Origin: a virus
Lineage: Duplodnaviria > Caudoviricetes
Direction: 5' to 3' (one strand)
Length of the DNA stretch: 64,000 nucleotides
IMG/VR virus record: IMGVR_UViG_2513237176_000002
Part shown: positions 9,140 to 20,736 of the stretch, in pieces
Layout of the letters: the number at the start of each line of letters is the position of its first letter
How positions within the stretch are numbered: the stretch's first letter is position 1
Translations under genes and position numbers: made by a program
Notes under the pieces: model-generated
Databases searched by the model: none
The model's input: the letters and a program-made list of their open reading frames with translations, nothing else
Told to the model about the DNA's origin: nothing

Positions 9140-10390
9140 TCACGCGGCCTCGCCAGGAACGTCCAGCCGCGACTCCACCGGGAACCAGCGCACCTCCTGG
9201 CCCGCCCCCTGACCGTCCGGCTCGCGACGGAACAACAAGCCGTCCTCGACATACTTGTCCAGCCGGCGCCGCGCCTTGTTGATGTCCTTCGTCGCCACCT
9301 TCGCCGCGATGTCGAGGTCGAACAACACGATCGCCGCGTCCTTCGCCGACAACCCCATCGACCGGCAGCGGCGCACCAAAGCCAGCAGATCCTTGCTTTC
9401 CTCGTACACCCGCGTGGACACGCCCGTCCGGTTGTTGTGCTCGACCTTGAACGGGCCGACCACATCGGCGGGCTGCTTCAGGTGGATGAACTCGACCTCC
9501 GGATCGCCAGGCTCACCCCACAACATCACCACCGACCCGGCACCGGAGGTCAGCCACGTCGACCCGTACACGCCGTTGATGTTGTTCGGTTTGCCGCCGT
9601 CCGGCCCCGACTTCACGGTGTGGTGCAGCTCCACCAGCTGATGCCCGGCCGTCAACGCGATCTGCCGCGCCCGGTTGTACCCGGCACCCACCTCGTCCTT
9701 GGACAGGCCGATCGCGGCGTCCTTCATGCTGTCGATGACCACCACGGCGGCACCGTGGTGATCGCACATCTGTCGCAGCGTCTCCGGTGACTGCGCGAAG
9801 TCAGCCGGCGGCGGGCCCTCGACCACGCGCAGCATCTCGTCGAGGTATTCGCGGTGTTCGTCCATCCCGGCGAACAGGCGGGCCAGGTTGCGGCGTGCCT
9901 GCTGCGGGCGGTCCATCGCGAGGTAGAGGATGCGGCCTTCGAAGCCTTCGATCGGGTAGCCGAGGACTTCGTCTTGCAGCGACAGGCAGCCTTTGAGTAC
10001 CTGGCTGGCGAGGGTGGTCTTCCCGACACCCTGCGGCCCGGTGATCATCAAAGATTCGCCGCGCGCCCACAGCACTTCGCTGCCGCTGCCCCAGATCGTC
10101 GGTGTCTCGTCGGGCACGTCGAGCAGCCACGACCCTCCGGTGTAGGTGCGGTCGGCGTTGGCGGCGTTGGCTCGCTGCTCGGCGAGTTTCTCCTGTGCCA
10201 GTTGCTCGCGGGCTGCCTCGCGGGCGGCCTGCCGAATGTACTCCCACTGGGTTTCGCGGTAGAGCGCGGCGGCGATCCGCTGGTCGTGGAGGGCGCGCTC
10301 CTCCGGTGGGGCGTCCGGGCGGGGGAGGGGGATGTGCTGCTGGTCGACGTCGGTCCAGTCGATCGGCGGCATGTTGGCGGCGTTCTTCAC
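9140..10390 (-). CDS. AAA_25/RepA-like RecA-fold helicase with C-terminal wHTH, no primase domain
   Basis: Walker A GPQGVGKT, Walker B VVVIDS, LHHTVK, YGST; C-terminal KARRRLDKYVEDGLL. Confidence 0.85.
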   Translation of the reverse strand: MKNAANMPPIDWTDVDQQHIPLPRPDAPPEERALHDQRIAAALYRETQWEYIRQAAREAAREQLAQEKLAEQRANAANADRTYTGGSWLLDVPDETPTIWGSGSEVLWARGESLMITGPQGVGKTTLASQVLKGCLSLQDEVLGYPIEGFEGRILYLAMDRPQQARRNLARLFAGMDEHREYLDEMLRVVEGPPPADFAQSPETLRQMCDHHGAAVVVIDSMKDAAIGLSKDEVGAGYNRARQIALTAGHQLVELHHTVKSGPDGGKPNNINGVYGSTWLTSGAGSVVMLWGEPGDPEVEFIHLKQPADVVGPFKVEHNNRTGVSTRVYEESKDLLALVRRCRSMGLSAKDAAIVLFDLDIAAKVATKDINKARRRLDKYVEDGLLFRREPDGQGAGQEVRWFPVESRLDVPGEAA

Positions 10391-10698
10391 GCGGCCACCT
10401 GCTGCTTCGAGGCATGCCCGCGGAAGTCGCCGGGGCGGGGCCACCGGGCGGTGGCGTCGGCCCTGGCCCGCTCTGTGGCCTGGTCGAACCAGCGGCCCAA
10501 GATGAAGACAGGCTCCGGCGGGTAGGCGGCGTTCTCCTCCGCGATCCGGTTCTCGTAACCCCAGCGCATGGCTTGCGACATCAGCCATGCCACCTGGGCG
10601 CGGTCGAATGTGTCTTGGGTGTTGAGTGCCTCGACCACCCGTTCAAGATCGGGAGTCGTACTGCCGTTCGACGGCAGGCTGAAGCTATCGTGCTGCAC
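10387..10698 (-). CDS. Small RPGDFRG-motif protein (paralog of 37570-37926)
   Basis: Extensive identity to 37570-37926; 4-nt overlap with the helicase gene. Confidence 0.8.
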   Translation of the reverse strand: MQHDSFSLPSNGSTTPDLERVVEALNTQDTFDRAQVAWLMSQAMRWGYENRIAEENAAYPPEPVFILGRWFDQATERARADATARWPRPGDFRGHASKQQVAA

Positions 10699-10781
10699 TA
10701 GCGGAGCTACCTCTCCGTCAGGGCCAGGATCACGGGGACGCCAATCCCCGCCTGGCCCGCTTTGCGTTTCGGGCCAGGAAG

Positions 10782-11006
10782 TCAGGTCATGGACCTGCCG
10801 AGGTGCCGGTAGACGGTCTTCCGCTCTACGTCGAGGCGATCAGCGATGTGGGCGATCGGCACTGCGTCGCCGGCCGCGTCGGTGAGCTTCGCGAGTGCTT
10901 CCTTGTAGCGGCGCTCTGCTTCTTGTTTCTCCTGGTAGAGCGCTACTACGTCCTCGATGTGTTGCTGGACCTCGGGTGTCGGCGGGGTCCACTTCTGGCG
11001 TGCCAC
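10782..11006 (-). CDS. Small HTH regulator
   Basis: IAHIADRLDVERKTVYRHLG; TACCCT-N6-GTG leaderless start. Confidence 0.8.
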   Translation of the reverse strand: MARQKWTPPTPEVQQHIEDVVALYQEKQEAERRYKEALAKLTDAAGDAVPIAHIADRLDVERKTVYRHLGRSMT

Positions 11007-11066
11007 CCGGCGAGGGTAGCGGTTTTGTGTGTCCATCTGTCCCATCCTTGGCCGGTTCATGATTAC

Positions 11067-11131
11067 TGGGACGATCGTATACGCGTTCCCACTTGACACG
11101 CAATCGGCTTGGGGGAAATAATGTTCCCAAG
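11067..11131 (+). promoter_or_regulatory. Housekeeping-sigma promoter overlapped by TGGG..CCCA inverted repeats
   Basis: TTGACA 11093-11098, AATAAT 11117-11122; TGGGA..TCCCA (11067-11091) and CTTGGG..CCCAAG (11108-11131). Confidence 0.65.
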
Positions 11132-11198
11132 CGACACGGAAAACCTGCTCCGAGGTGTTGGCGCACCGAAGGAGCCCAATCGGGAGGTAGCCCGAAAC

Positions 11199-14100
11199 AT
11201 GAACACCAAGCTCAAGGCAGGCGATTCCACGTACATGAACATCACCGACGCCCACGGCGTGCTGCTGTTCGTGGTCCTCGTCCAGCTGTTCACCGACCAC
11301 GTCAGCTTCACCTTCGCCAACCACCCGATCCTCAACCGGGCCATGCCGATCGGTGAGGGCCGCGCCTACCTGCGGTTCCTGATCGACGAGGCCGCGAAGG
11401 GCACCCCCGCCGCGATCATCGAAGACCTCGCCGGCCAGTGGACCAGCGCCGCAGCGGTCGCCGACCAGGCCGAGCAGGACATGCTCGACGACCTGGCCGC
11501 CGACTTCGCGCAGCGTGACGCCGATGCTGCCGCCGATCTCGCCGCCCAGCAGACCGCGACCGCCCGCAGCATGACCAAGGCGTACGGCGACGAGTGGTAC
11601 CGGCTCCGCCACCCGCGCAAGGTCCGGCCCACCCGGACCCGTGTGCACGTGCAGCCGCCCACCGCGGCGATGCTCGACCGGATGCGCCGCCACCGCAACG
11701 GTGTCGTCACCTGTGGGCCCGGCCAGCCGTGGACCCTGCTCGACGGCCTCATCCAGCGCGGCCTCGCCGACCAGGCGAGCGCCGTCTACCGGCCCGGCAC
11801 CCAGATCATCGCCAGCGTGCGGCTCAACGCACGCGGGTGGGCCGCCATCGGGCAGCAGAGCGGGGTGGCGGCATGAACCTCCGGACCTACAAGGCCACCG
11901 CCCGGAAAGCCCACGAGGCGTACACCGCGCTGAAGGCAGCGGCCGAGACCGCCGACTACTCCGACGCCCAGCGCATCTGCAAGGTTCTGAATCCGCAGAT
12001 GCAGGACGCCATCGACGCCCTCCGGCCGCAGGTGTGCCGCGACTGCAACCAGTACGGCAGCCTGCCGATGGACGACAACGGCTGGATCCGTAAGTGCAAC
12101 CACCCCAACGTTCCGGCCTACGACGTGCGCACCGGAGAGGTGTTGGCGTGAACACCACCGCTCGCCGTGCCGCTCACCGACTGGCCCGGACCACCGCCCC
12201 GATTGTCCTGCGCACCTGGCACGGCGTCGAGTTGACCGAAGGCCTGTACGGCGGCCTGCGCGGTTGGCTCATCGGCACCTGCCCCGACAACCCCCGCCTG
12301 CTGCGGCTCAAGCGGACCGGAGCGGACGTGATCCTGTGCTGCATTCCGCCGTCACGGCTGACCGGCTCCCGCACCCTGCACGGCGGCAAGCCGTGCCCCG
12401 GCAACGACTGCACCGAAGGTGCGGCCATCGACCTGGAGGTAACAGCATGAGCCTCGCCTACCTCGCCACCACCGGGAACCGCAAAGTCCACTTCGAGTTC
12501 GCGTCCGGTGCCCTGACCCACATGCCTTCGTGCGGCAGCGGAAACCCGATCGTCGAACGCCTCGCCGAACTCGACGACCTGGACGGCCTCGAAGCGCTGA
12601 TCGTCGCCCTCACCGCAGCTCGGATCGCCCCGCCGCGGGTGTGCCGACGCTGCTTCGGAGCCAAGACGGTCGCCACCTACGCCACCCGATACGCCGAGGA
12701 GGCGTCGTGACCCGCCACTTCATTGCCCGTTGCGTCACCGAGTCCGACGGCATGCACCAGCACGAGTACCGGATCCGGGACACCCGCACCGACCAGGCCG
12801 CCACCATCACCGAGCACCTCCACACGTGGACCGCGGAGCATCTCGAACGCTGGCCCGACGCGAAACCTGTGGATGTTGCCACCCTCGGCGGCCAGTGGGG
12901 CGGCTATGACCTGCTCGGTAAGTACGACACCCTCGCCGAGGCGTGGGCCGGGCACGCCACCGGTGACATCCCGGACGTCGCCTGCCAGGTGGCGTCATGA
13001 GCATCGCGACGTTCCGCTACTACCGCGACGGCAAGCCGGGCTTCACCGGCTACGACACCACCAACCTGACCGCCCAGCAGTACGCAGACCGGAAAGCCGC
13101 CCGCACCAACCCGGACTACGCCGACCAGGTGCACGTGTGGTTCGGGTATGCCGACGAGAGCAGCCCGGACGCTGTTGCGGAGGTGCCGGCATGAGTGACG
13201 TCTTCCGGGTCGGCATCGAAACCGACGGCGGCCGAGTCTGCACCAACTACGACGACATTACCGCCGAACAGGTCACCGACCTGATGCGCCGCTACGCCGA
13301 GCGTGACGGCGACGGCATCCACTCCGTGTCCGGCAGCGGTGCCGCGTTCTGGCCGTGGGAGCAGGTGCACGCCATCCGCGTGGTCCGTGGTCACTTCACC
13401 ACCGAGGAGTATCCGTGACCGGCAACACCGTCGTCGTGATCACCTCGAAGACCGCCCTGTGCGGGCATGCTCACTGCGACCCGTACCGGCGGCGTAACAG
13501 TGTCCTCGATGAGACCGGGGACGTGGTCGTCTACCACGCCTGCGACGACACCCGCTGGATCTTCCGCGACGACGTCTGCCACGGCCTGATCCTGCGCTCG
13601 CGGCGCCTCGACCGTGAGGACGGCACCACCGTGGTGACGCTCGAATCCGACGGCGACCGGTCGTGGCTGGCCCGCACCCCGAACCGGGTGCTGGTGCGGC
13701 ACGACACCTACTACGGGCTGATCGCGAAAGCCGCACGGCGGCTGCTGATGCCGGCCGCGTGCTGCAAGGGCGAGTCGTGAACCAGGCCGACACCCGCATT
13801 GTCGGCACGTGCGCTGGGTGCGGTGGCCGGATCGAACCGGCAGGCGGCCCGTCGTGGCGGCACATCGGCCGGCGGATCGGAGGGCAGCAGCATCCGGCAG
13901 AACCCGACCAGGCCACCCGCGAACGCACGGCGGCCTGTGAGCCCCATTCCACCAGAGACAGCGCACCGACACACTGACCAAGAGCCGAAGGAGACCGCCA
14001 TGACGGATCTGCGTTACGCCGCCGCCCGACCCATCCTGCTGGCCAATCTCGAGCCCGGTGACCAAGTCCATAGCCCGTACGGCTATCGAGTCGTCCACGA

Positions 14101-14487
14101 CATCACCGAGGACGTGAACGGCGACATCATCATCTACTTCTGGGACGAGGAACCGATCCGGCGGATCCCGGGCGCAACTGTTCAGGCTATGAAGAGGATC
14201 CACTGATGCCCGAGATCACGCTCACGCCCACCCGTGCCGCCGTCCTGCGGGCCGTTGCCGACGGCGAGGTGAAGCACCGCCGAAACTGGGGGCGCGAGCC
14301 CGATGAGGACGTGTGGCGGCCCGCTACGGGCGGCTCGAAGAAGGTCAACGCCACGGTGGAATGGCTGCGACAAGTTGGTCTCATCGTGCTGGGACGGCCC
14401 GAGCATGCGTCCATGTACGCGCCTAGCTCGTGGCAGCTCACCGAGGCCGGCGAGCGTTGGCTGGCCGAGAACGAGGAGAACACGTGA
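11199..14487 (+). other. Rightward operon of about 10 hypothetical phage genes
   Basis: Starts 11199 with GGGAGG RBS; chained overlaps; includes 12997-13194, 13191-13418 and a wHTH-like gene at 14206-14487. Confidence 0.7.
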
Positions 14488-14632
14488 TGCCTGAGACCCG
14501 CACCAGCATGGAGGCGCCGGCTTCTCTGCTCAAGACTTGAGCATCAGTCTTTGGCATCCGCCCCGACCAGCCGCCGTGCAGCGAGGCACACGGCGGCTTT
14601 CTGCTGCCCGGCCAGCAGTAATGATCAGCTGA

Positions 14633-15229
14633 TCAGGCACGGAAGACCCACACCTCATGCGGCTCCGGCACCTCGATGTACCAGGACCAGTGTGGATCCC
14701 CGCCCTCCGTCGCATCCCTGTCGCACGGGCAATGCCACCGCTCACCCGGATCCCCTGGCACCGGCGGCCAGAATCGAATGTGCACCGCGTCCACGCGCGG
14801 TCCGACACTCTTGTCCAACTGGACCTTGATGGTCTTCCCGCCCTCCGCAACCGGTGAAAAGCTCAACGGCGAACGGGAACCGCCGGTGATGGCGTCACCT
14901 GATATCCGGTAGGTGCGAGGCAAGACGAACTCCAAAAAGCGATCCTCATGTCCGCCTCTGGGGTTCGTTGCTGTGGTGAGCGATGCCGTGATGTCAGGCT
15001 CAGTCGGGCGTAGGTCACGGTGTTCGCGTTCTGCTTCGGTTCGAGCGACCGCGGCAGCCGATTCCGCGGAGCTCTTGGCATGCTCCGCTGACTCCTTGGC
15101 CGCGTCAGCGGACCGGTCGGCTGCGAGCGAGGACTTGTCGGCAGCGTCGGCGTTTTGCTTGTTGTAGCGAGCGGTGACCCCGGCAACGACGAGGGCGAGG
15201 ATGCTGACGATCAGTGCAGCGAGAGCCAT
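14633..15229 (-). CDS. Moron-like N-terminally anchored membrane protein
   Basis: MALAALIVSILALVVAG TM plus A/S-rich linker; atypical codon usage; opposite to flanking genes. Confidence 0.65.
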   Translation of the reverse strand: MALAALIVSILALVVAGVTARYNKQNADAADKSSLAADRSADAAKESAEHAKSSAESAAAVARTEAEREHRDLRPTEPDITASLTTATNPRGGHEDRFLEFVLPRTYRISGDAITGGSRSPLSFSPVAEGGKTIKVQLDKSVGPRVDAVHIRFWPPVPGDPGERWHCPCDRDATEGGDPHWSWYIEVPEPHEVWVFRA

Positions 15230-15421
15230 GAGCGGAGACGATAGATCGGCTGTTCGGTTGACGTTCGTCCGATCCGGCTCATCTGTTCGGCCCATCGATG
15301 TATGGGTTTCCGCAAAGGCCTCCACCGTCTGCATGATCGACGGTCGTGCGCGCGGGCCATAGCCGCCGATCGCTGCTGCTAGCTACCGTGCTGATCTACA
15401 ACGGACACGGGGAGCCCACTC

Positions 15422-15925
15422 ATGCCATCCCTCGTCGACCTGCACATCCGTCTCAACCAACAAGGCACCGAACACCTCACCCTTCTCGGCCGCGCTGCAG
15501 GCTGGGGCACCTACCTCGCCTTCGACCCACCGAAAGTCGATCCGATCACCGGGGTCTGCGAGGTCCGCCTGCAGCAGCACCTTCTGATCCGCTTCGACAC
15601 TGACGACGACTGGAAGCGGCTGCTGATTCGGGAGGTCCACCCGTGGAATCCTGCAACGCCGCTCTCCGCCGTCCCGCCCCTGGAACGAATCGAAAAGGCG
15701 GTGAACAAGGCTGCCTACCGCCCTGGCCTTGAGCGGCGTCTGCTGGTCCAACCGGCCACGGTGGAGGAGGTGCGTCAGATGCTGGGCGGTGAACCAACTG
15801 TCTGGTTCGACTCGTACGAACGTCGCGCCGCGAGGCCGGCTCGCGTACGCCGCCGAATCCGGCGAGGGACTCCGCGCCCTGAGGTGGGCTGGTCAACGCC
15901 GGGCCCGCCAGCCGGGCCGCAGTGA
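15422..15925 (+). CDS. Hypothetical protein
   Basis: GGGGAG RBS; 167-aa ORF. Confidence 0.55.
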   Translation: MPSLVDLHIRLNQQGTEHLTLLGRAAGWGTYLAFDPPKVDPITGVCEVRLQQHLLIRFDTDDDWKRLLIREVHPWNPATPLSAVPPLERIEKAVNKAAYRPGLERRLLVQPATVEEVRQMLGGEPTVWFDSYERRAARPARVRRRIRRGTPRPEVGWSTPGPPAGPQ

Positions 15926-15984
15926 CCTCCGGCGGCTTGCTCGGCGGCTGGACGTCCCCCAGCGGCGAGCCGCCACCTCTCCGA

Positions 15985-16398
15985 TCAATGGGTGGCGAAA
16001 GCGGCCGCCAAGCGGCCCGCCGTTCCCCAGATGCGTTCGTGCGTTGCGTCGTACCCGATTGGGTCGAGTGCTCGCAGTGAGAAGTGAACGCCGCACACGA
16101 AGAGGTCCGCTCTGGTCTGGCTGAATGCGCCAGCTGCTGTCACCTTGCCGAACAGGTACTCGTCGTGTTCGCCGCGGTCGTCGTACAGGCTAAGTCCCAG
16201 AAGCCGCATGGCGATCTCGTCGGCGTAGGCGCCGTTCTGCCAGTCCATCGCCCAGCCGCCCGTGCCGCCCTGGGTGCGCCAGTGGTCCAGGTAGGGAAGG
16301 TAGGAGCGGATCCCTTGGTCCCGTAGGGCTTGCAAGACCCGGGCGAGTGCATCCAGCGCGATTTGGGGCTCGTGGTGTTGCTCGGACAACACGATCAT
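15985..16398 (-). CDS. Hypothetical protein translationally coupled to imuA'
   Basis: ATGA overlap with imuA' stop; 137 aa, MIVLSEQHH... Confidence 0.65.
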   Translation of the reverse strand: MIVLSEQHHEPQIALDALARVLQALRDQGIRSYLPYLDHWRTQGGTGGWAMDWQNGAYADEIAMRLLGLSLYDDRGEHDEYLFGKVTAAGAFSQTRADLFVCGVHFSLRALDPIGYDATHERIWGTAGRLAAAFATH

Positions 16399-17291
16399 GT
16401 GGTCACGTTGCCTGCGCTTCGATCGCGTCGGGACCTGTTCGGCGCCGTATAGCTCGTTCGTGTCAGCCCAGCCCACGGGTCGGCAGGTAGCGGGGAGGGC
16501 TCGAGGTGCGCCCACCGCCCGGTGTCTGCAACGACGGGTTCGACGGGCCGCGGCGGCGCGGGTGGGACCACGATCGGCGGGATCGGCTCCCCAGCAACCG
16601 TGATGGTGGCCCTCTTGGGGCGGACGGCCCGGCCTCGTCCGGTCGCCTGCACGTCGAGCTCGCAGTGCCGTAGCCGGCCTCGCCCGTTGCCGAGTCCGTG
16701 CCAGTGGCGGCCGGTGACATCGAGGGTGAGTTCGGCGCCCGCCCACGGCTTCGTCGGCAACAGCACACAGCCCTTCTGCCTGGCACGAGCCGAGAGCGAC
16801 TTCAGCACCCCTTCGGCGGCGCCGGGCGGCGGCTGGACGGCGACTACGTCCACGCCGTCGATGAGCGCGGACACGATCTGCGGCCAGTCCGGGCCGGGCT
16901 CCGGCACCAGGGCGAGCCGGTCGACTGGGATGCCGGCCTCCGCAGCGGCCTGGCCACCGAACATGGGTGCGCCGACGACAGCACCCCACGACCCGGTGTC
17001 GCGCATGGCACCGGCGAGCAGCAGCATCAGCAGGCTCGTGGAGCCGACCGCAGCGACCGTCGCACCTTTGCGTAGCCCGCCGGGCCAGGGGAGGAGCGGC
17101 TGAAGCCTGAAATCGCAGGGCAGGACGCCGGTGACGTCGCCCTGGACGCTGGCTTGGTCGCCAGTGGTGACGGGCTGCGGGACGAGGGCGAGGTTCCCGC
17201 GGCTGCGGGCGGTTTCGTTGACGCGTTGCAGGGCGGCGAGCGCGTCGGCTTTGCCGCTGATGCGCCCACTGCCGTTCCACGTCTTGCCCAT
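16395..17291 (-). CDS. imuA: ImuA'-like (Rv3395c-type) RecA-fold protein
   Basis: LLPWPGGLRKGATV..GSTSLL...W.AVVG.P..G..AAAEAGI..DRLALVP.PG..W..IVSALIDGVDVV...L.ARARQKGCVLL...W.GLG.G.GRLR. Confidence 0.85.
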   Translation of the reverse strand: MGKTWNGSGRISGKADALAALQRVNETARSRGNLALVPQPVTTGDQASVQGDVTGVLPCDFRLQPLLPWPGGLRKGATVAAVGSTSLLMLLLAGAMRDTGSWGAVVGAPMFGGQAAAEAGIPVDRLALVPEPGPDWPQIVSALIDGVDVVAVQPPPGAAEGVLKSLSARARQKGCVLLPTKPWAGAELTLDVTGRHWHGLGNGRGRLRHCELDVQATGRGRAVRPKRATITVAGEPIPPIVVPPAPPRPVEPVVADTGRWAHLEPSPLPADPWAGLTRTSYTAPNRSRRDRSAGNVTT

Positions 17292-17370
17292 GTCGCTCCC
17301 CGTGCCGTTGCTTCGGCTGCCGGGGAAGGGGCATGCCACCTGCGCTTATTCGAGCCGGTTCGCGGTCGGC

Positions 17371-17386
17371 TCGAACACCCGTTCTA
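17371..17386. promoter_or_regulatory. Actinobacterial LexA (SOS) box upstream of imuA'
   Basis: TCGAAC-ACCC-GTTCTA, one mismatch to TCGAAC-N4-GTTCGA; minus-strand TAGCCT -10 at 17393-17398. Confidence 0.8.
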
Positions 17387-17700
17387 ACTAGCAGGCTACA
17401 TGATGATCATGCCGGGTGCAGCTCTAACCGTCACACCGTTGACCGGGCCAACTCCTCCTTGGCGTCCTCAGCGAAACGCGACAACTGCTCAGCCACCTTC
17501 TGCGCCTGCTGCAAGAGAGCCCGGCGCTCATCGTCGGAACCCGCCTGCCGGAACCCGTCCGCCAACGAGGCCAAATCTTTGGCCCCTCGCAGGCACGGGC
17601 CGACAAGCGTATCGAAATGGGACGGAGTCAGGGCTGCCATGCCATCACCCTGCACGACGGGACGAAGCGTCGCCACCTGGGACGGCACGCCCCACCGTCT

Positions 17701-17982
17701 TCAGTTCGCGCTGATCACGTGCTTCCACTGGCCGCCGATCCACAGCGCGCACGCCCGGTCCAGGTCGGTGAGCGTCTTCTGGTTGCTGGTCGGGGCGACC
17801 GCCCAGCCGCCTTGCCGGGCCAGGTGGCGGGCGCCGGCGGCCATCTGCTCGACGGTCAGGTCGAGGCGGTTCATGAGGGCGACGACGGTGACCCAGCCGG
17901 ACTGTTCGCCGCGCTGCCGCATCTCGGTGGCGTAGGCCTGCTTGATCTGGATGGCGGCCTGCTCGGCGGTGATCGTGGTCAT
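17701..17982 (-). CDS. Hypothetical wHTH-like protein
   Basis: GAAAGGA RBS; divergent from 18069. Confidence 0.65.
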   Translation of the reverse strand: MTTITAEQAAIQIKQAYATEMRQRGEQSGWVTVVALMNRLDLTVEQMAAGARHLARQGGWAVAPTSNQKTLTDLDRACALWIGGQWKHVISAN

Positions 17983-18028
17983 TGTTGGTGTCCTTTCGTG
18001 TCGTCCTCCCTGGTGACACCAAGTTTAT

Positions 18029-18062
18029 GGGGTACCCCTTAATTTTGTCTAGGGGGTACCCT
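18029..18062. promoter_or_regulatory. Tandem GGGTACCC operators in a divergent promoter
   Basis: GGGGTACCCC 18029-18038 and GGGTACCC 18054-18061 separated by an AT-rich spacer. Confidence 0.75.
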
Positions 18063-18068
18063 TTATGA

Positions 18069-18293
18069 GTGACCGCCGCTCTCCCCAACCTCCCCATCGC
18101 CGAAGCCGACCAACTCGCCCGCCAACAGGTCGAACACCACCGCCAGCAGATGAGCACCTGGCGGCAAGCCCGCGCCCGACGCATCGCCCAGGAACGCGCC
18201 ACCGGCCGCACCGTCGCCGACATCGCCGCCGACATCGGCGTCCACCAGCAAGTCGTCTACGAACTGCTCCGCGAAGCCAAAAAGGCCAGCTGA
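18069..18293 (+). CDS. Small HTH regulator
   Basis: TVADIAADIGVHQQVVYELLR; TACCCT-N6-GTG leaderless start. Confidence 0.8.
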   Translation: MTAALPNLPIAEADQLARQQVEHHRQQMSTWRQARARRIAQERATGRTVADIAADIGVHQQVVYELLREAKKAS

Positions 18294-18299
18294 CGAAGA

Positions 18300-18327
18300 A
18301 AGCCCCAGCCGATGCAGGCTGGGGCTT
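18300..18327. terminator. Intrinsic terminator between convergent genes
   Basis: AAGCCCCAGCC / GGCTGGGGCTT 11-bp stem with flanking A/T. Confidence 0.75.
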
Positions 18328-20736
18328 CGTGCGCTCCGACGTCAGACGACGATGCCCGCCGGGATCTGCCAGTCCGGGTGCAGATCTTCCGCCGGATCCC
18401 CGGTCTGCGAACCACCCGACATGGCGCGCAGCAGGACCGTAGTGCCGTCCGCGCATTTGATGCTGACGCCGGCAGGAGTGACGCTGCGGGCATCGGTGGG
18501 GCCGAGGTCGGGCAGCGCGACCAGCCGCCACGCCTGGAAGAGGGCGGGTTTCGCAGCGTCGAGGAGCCGGATCGCAAGGGTGGAAATGCGCTGCACGCCC
18601 TGTCGCGGAGGGGGCAGGATCTCGGGTGCGTCGACCGGGGTTTCGCCTTTCCACGGTGATGCCACCAGGAACATCTTCCCGCCGCGGACGTCCTTCACCG
18701 CGACCCCGCCTGGTGACTCTTTGGTGCCGGCACCGTACGTGTACACCTCGGCGATATCGGGATGCTGGGCAGCCTCGAACAGGCCCTTCATCACGTCGAG
18801 TACTTCGGCTTGCTGCACAGCCACCCTCCCCAAGATCGGCTAAGGGGGTGAGCTTACGCCGGAGGCCGGAACGCCGGGGCCTGCGCCGCCGGATCAAGCA
18901 GATGCCGCTGCCGGTGCAGCCGCTGAGCATCATCCCGCAACTGCCGCACCGTCTTCTGACCGCGCTCACCGATCAGATCGACCTCGATCTGGCAGCCGCA
19001 GGTGTAGTCGACGACATACCGCTCGTCAGGGGCAGACTCGGTCACGGCCACAGCCCTTCCAGGTCTTCGAGCGCAGCGTTGGATTCCCACTGTTCATCCC
19101 ACAGCGCCTGGAACCGCATCGGCACGTTCGACAGCCGCTCACACACCGCAACGATCGCGGGCGAGTGGACAAGCTGGTACGGATGGTCGCCCCAGGCGAC
19201 ATGCCGGAAGCTGCTGGCCGGACCGTACTCGGCGATGACCGTCGCCAGGTCGATGCGCTCCGCCTCGACGAACGCGGCCAACAGCTCCGGGTAGGCGCCC
19301 ACCTCATGCGGATACAGGGCGTCGGTCACCGTTTCCAGGACGAGGTCCGTGTAGTCGTCGGCCATGGTGGGCTGCTCATCGGTGAGCGTCCCGTACAGCC
19401 GGGCACAGAGGGCGGCGAGCGGTTCGCGGGTCATCGCAGCCTCACCTCCACCTCGGCCAGCCCGAACACGTCCAGCAGGGCAAGACCGGCGGCCAGGACC
19501 GCGACCAGCGCCACCACGAGCACAGCAAGGGAAACGAGCGCCCGCCCGAGCAGCCGGTAAGGGCGGCTCACGGCCTGTCCTCGGCGTTCTGCCGGAACCA
19601 GGCCAGGAACAGTTCGCCAGCCGCGCCCATGTCGTGTTCATGCGGCGGTGCCTCATCGGTGTGCACGATCACCTGGTCGTCATCCACCCGCAAATCGATG
19701 TACCCCCAATACGGGTCGTCGCGCGGGTCGCCGAACAGGGGATAGCCCGCCCTAATCAGATCGCCGAACAGGCCGGGCACTGATGGGTAAGTCCAGGCTC
19801 CGCCGTCTCGACCGATCTCGCTGATCGAACCGTCTGAGAACACTTTGAAGACCCCACAACTCACCGCGCACCTGCCAGCACGTCACCCATCGCCACCACC
19901 CACAGCCGGGTCTGCGACGGCAGGGCAATCGCGGCGGGCAGGGTGGCGTCCAGGACCGTATGCACGCGCAGGCCGGTCACCGCCCACCTCCGCGGTGCCG
20001 CATCCCGAAGATGTCGTAGTAGTCGCCGCCCGACGTTGCTTCCTCCCGGCTGATCTCCTGGTAGTGGCGGTCGCGTACCCACGGCCGGTCATCGATGCCA
20101 CGCATGCCGCAGCACGGCGCCGTCCACACCGAGCAGTCAGTGAAGCGGCCGGTGACCTGTACGTGCGTCAGGCTGTACACGCCGTGGCAGTGCATGCAGC
20201 GCACCGGGAACATCATGTCTTCGACGGGCGGCTGTTCGATCTTCCACTCGGGCTGGCCTGTCATGCCGTCTTCTCCTTGTCACGAGCATCGAAGTCGCCG
20301 GGGTACACGGTGCGCCACTTCTTCCGGACCACGGTCACACCGTCCGCTCGGGGTACAGCGCGCCAACTTTGGCGAGGAACGCCCGACCAACGTCGGTGAG
20401 GCCGACTTCTTCGCCGCCGGAGAAGAACCCGTTGAATGCGGAGTACGCGAATGCGTCCGTTTCCCACTCGCAGCCTTCTGGCCAGCCGTCGCGGGCCAGT
20501 CGCAGCACGTGCACGATCTCGCCGAGGTCCACGGCCTGCATCTCGTCGGTCATGTCACGCCTCGATCGTGGTGGCTTGGAGCCGGGCGATCGAGTCCCGG
20601 ATGTCGTCGTGATACCCGGCCAGTGCCGGGTCGTCGAGCAGCGCCCGCAGATTGGTCAGGCTCAGCGACTCCGGGGTGGCGGTCGCTTCGTCGTGGACAG
20701 CCTGGCGCGGGGCGGGGATGCGGAAGTCGGTGACGG

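Noticed and set aside
10782-12158. 458-aa minus-strand ORF
   Set aside because: Mostly antisense shadow of the 11199 operon; only the last 74 codons look like a real HTH gene
15985-17334. 449-aa Arg-rich ORF
   Set aside because: Off-frame overlap with imuA'; real coding likely starts at 16398
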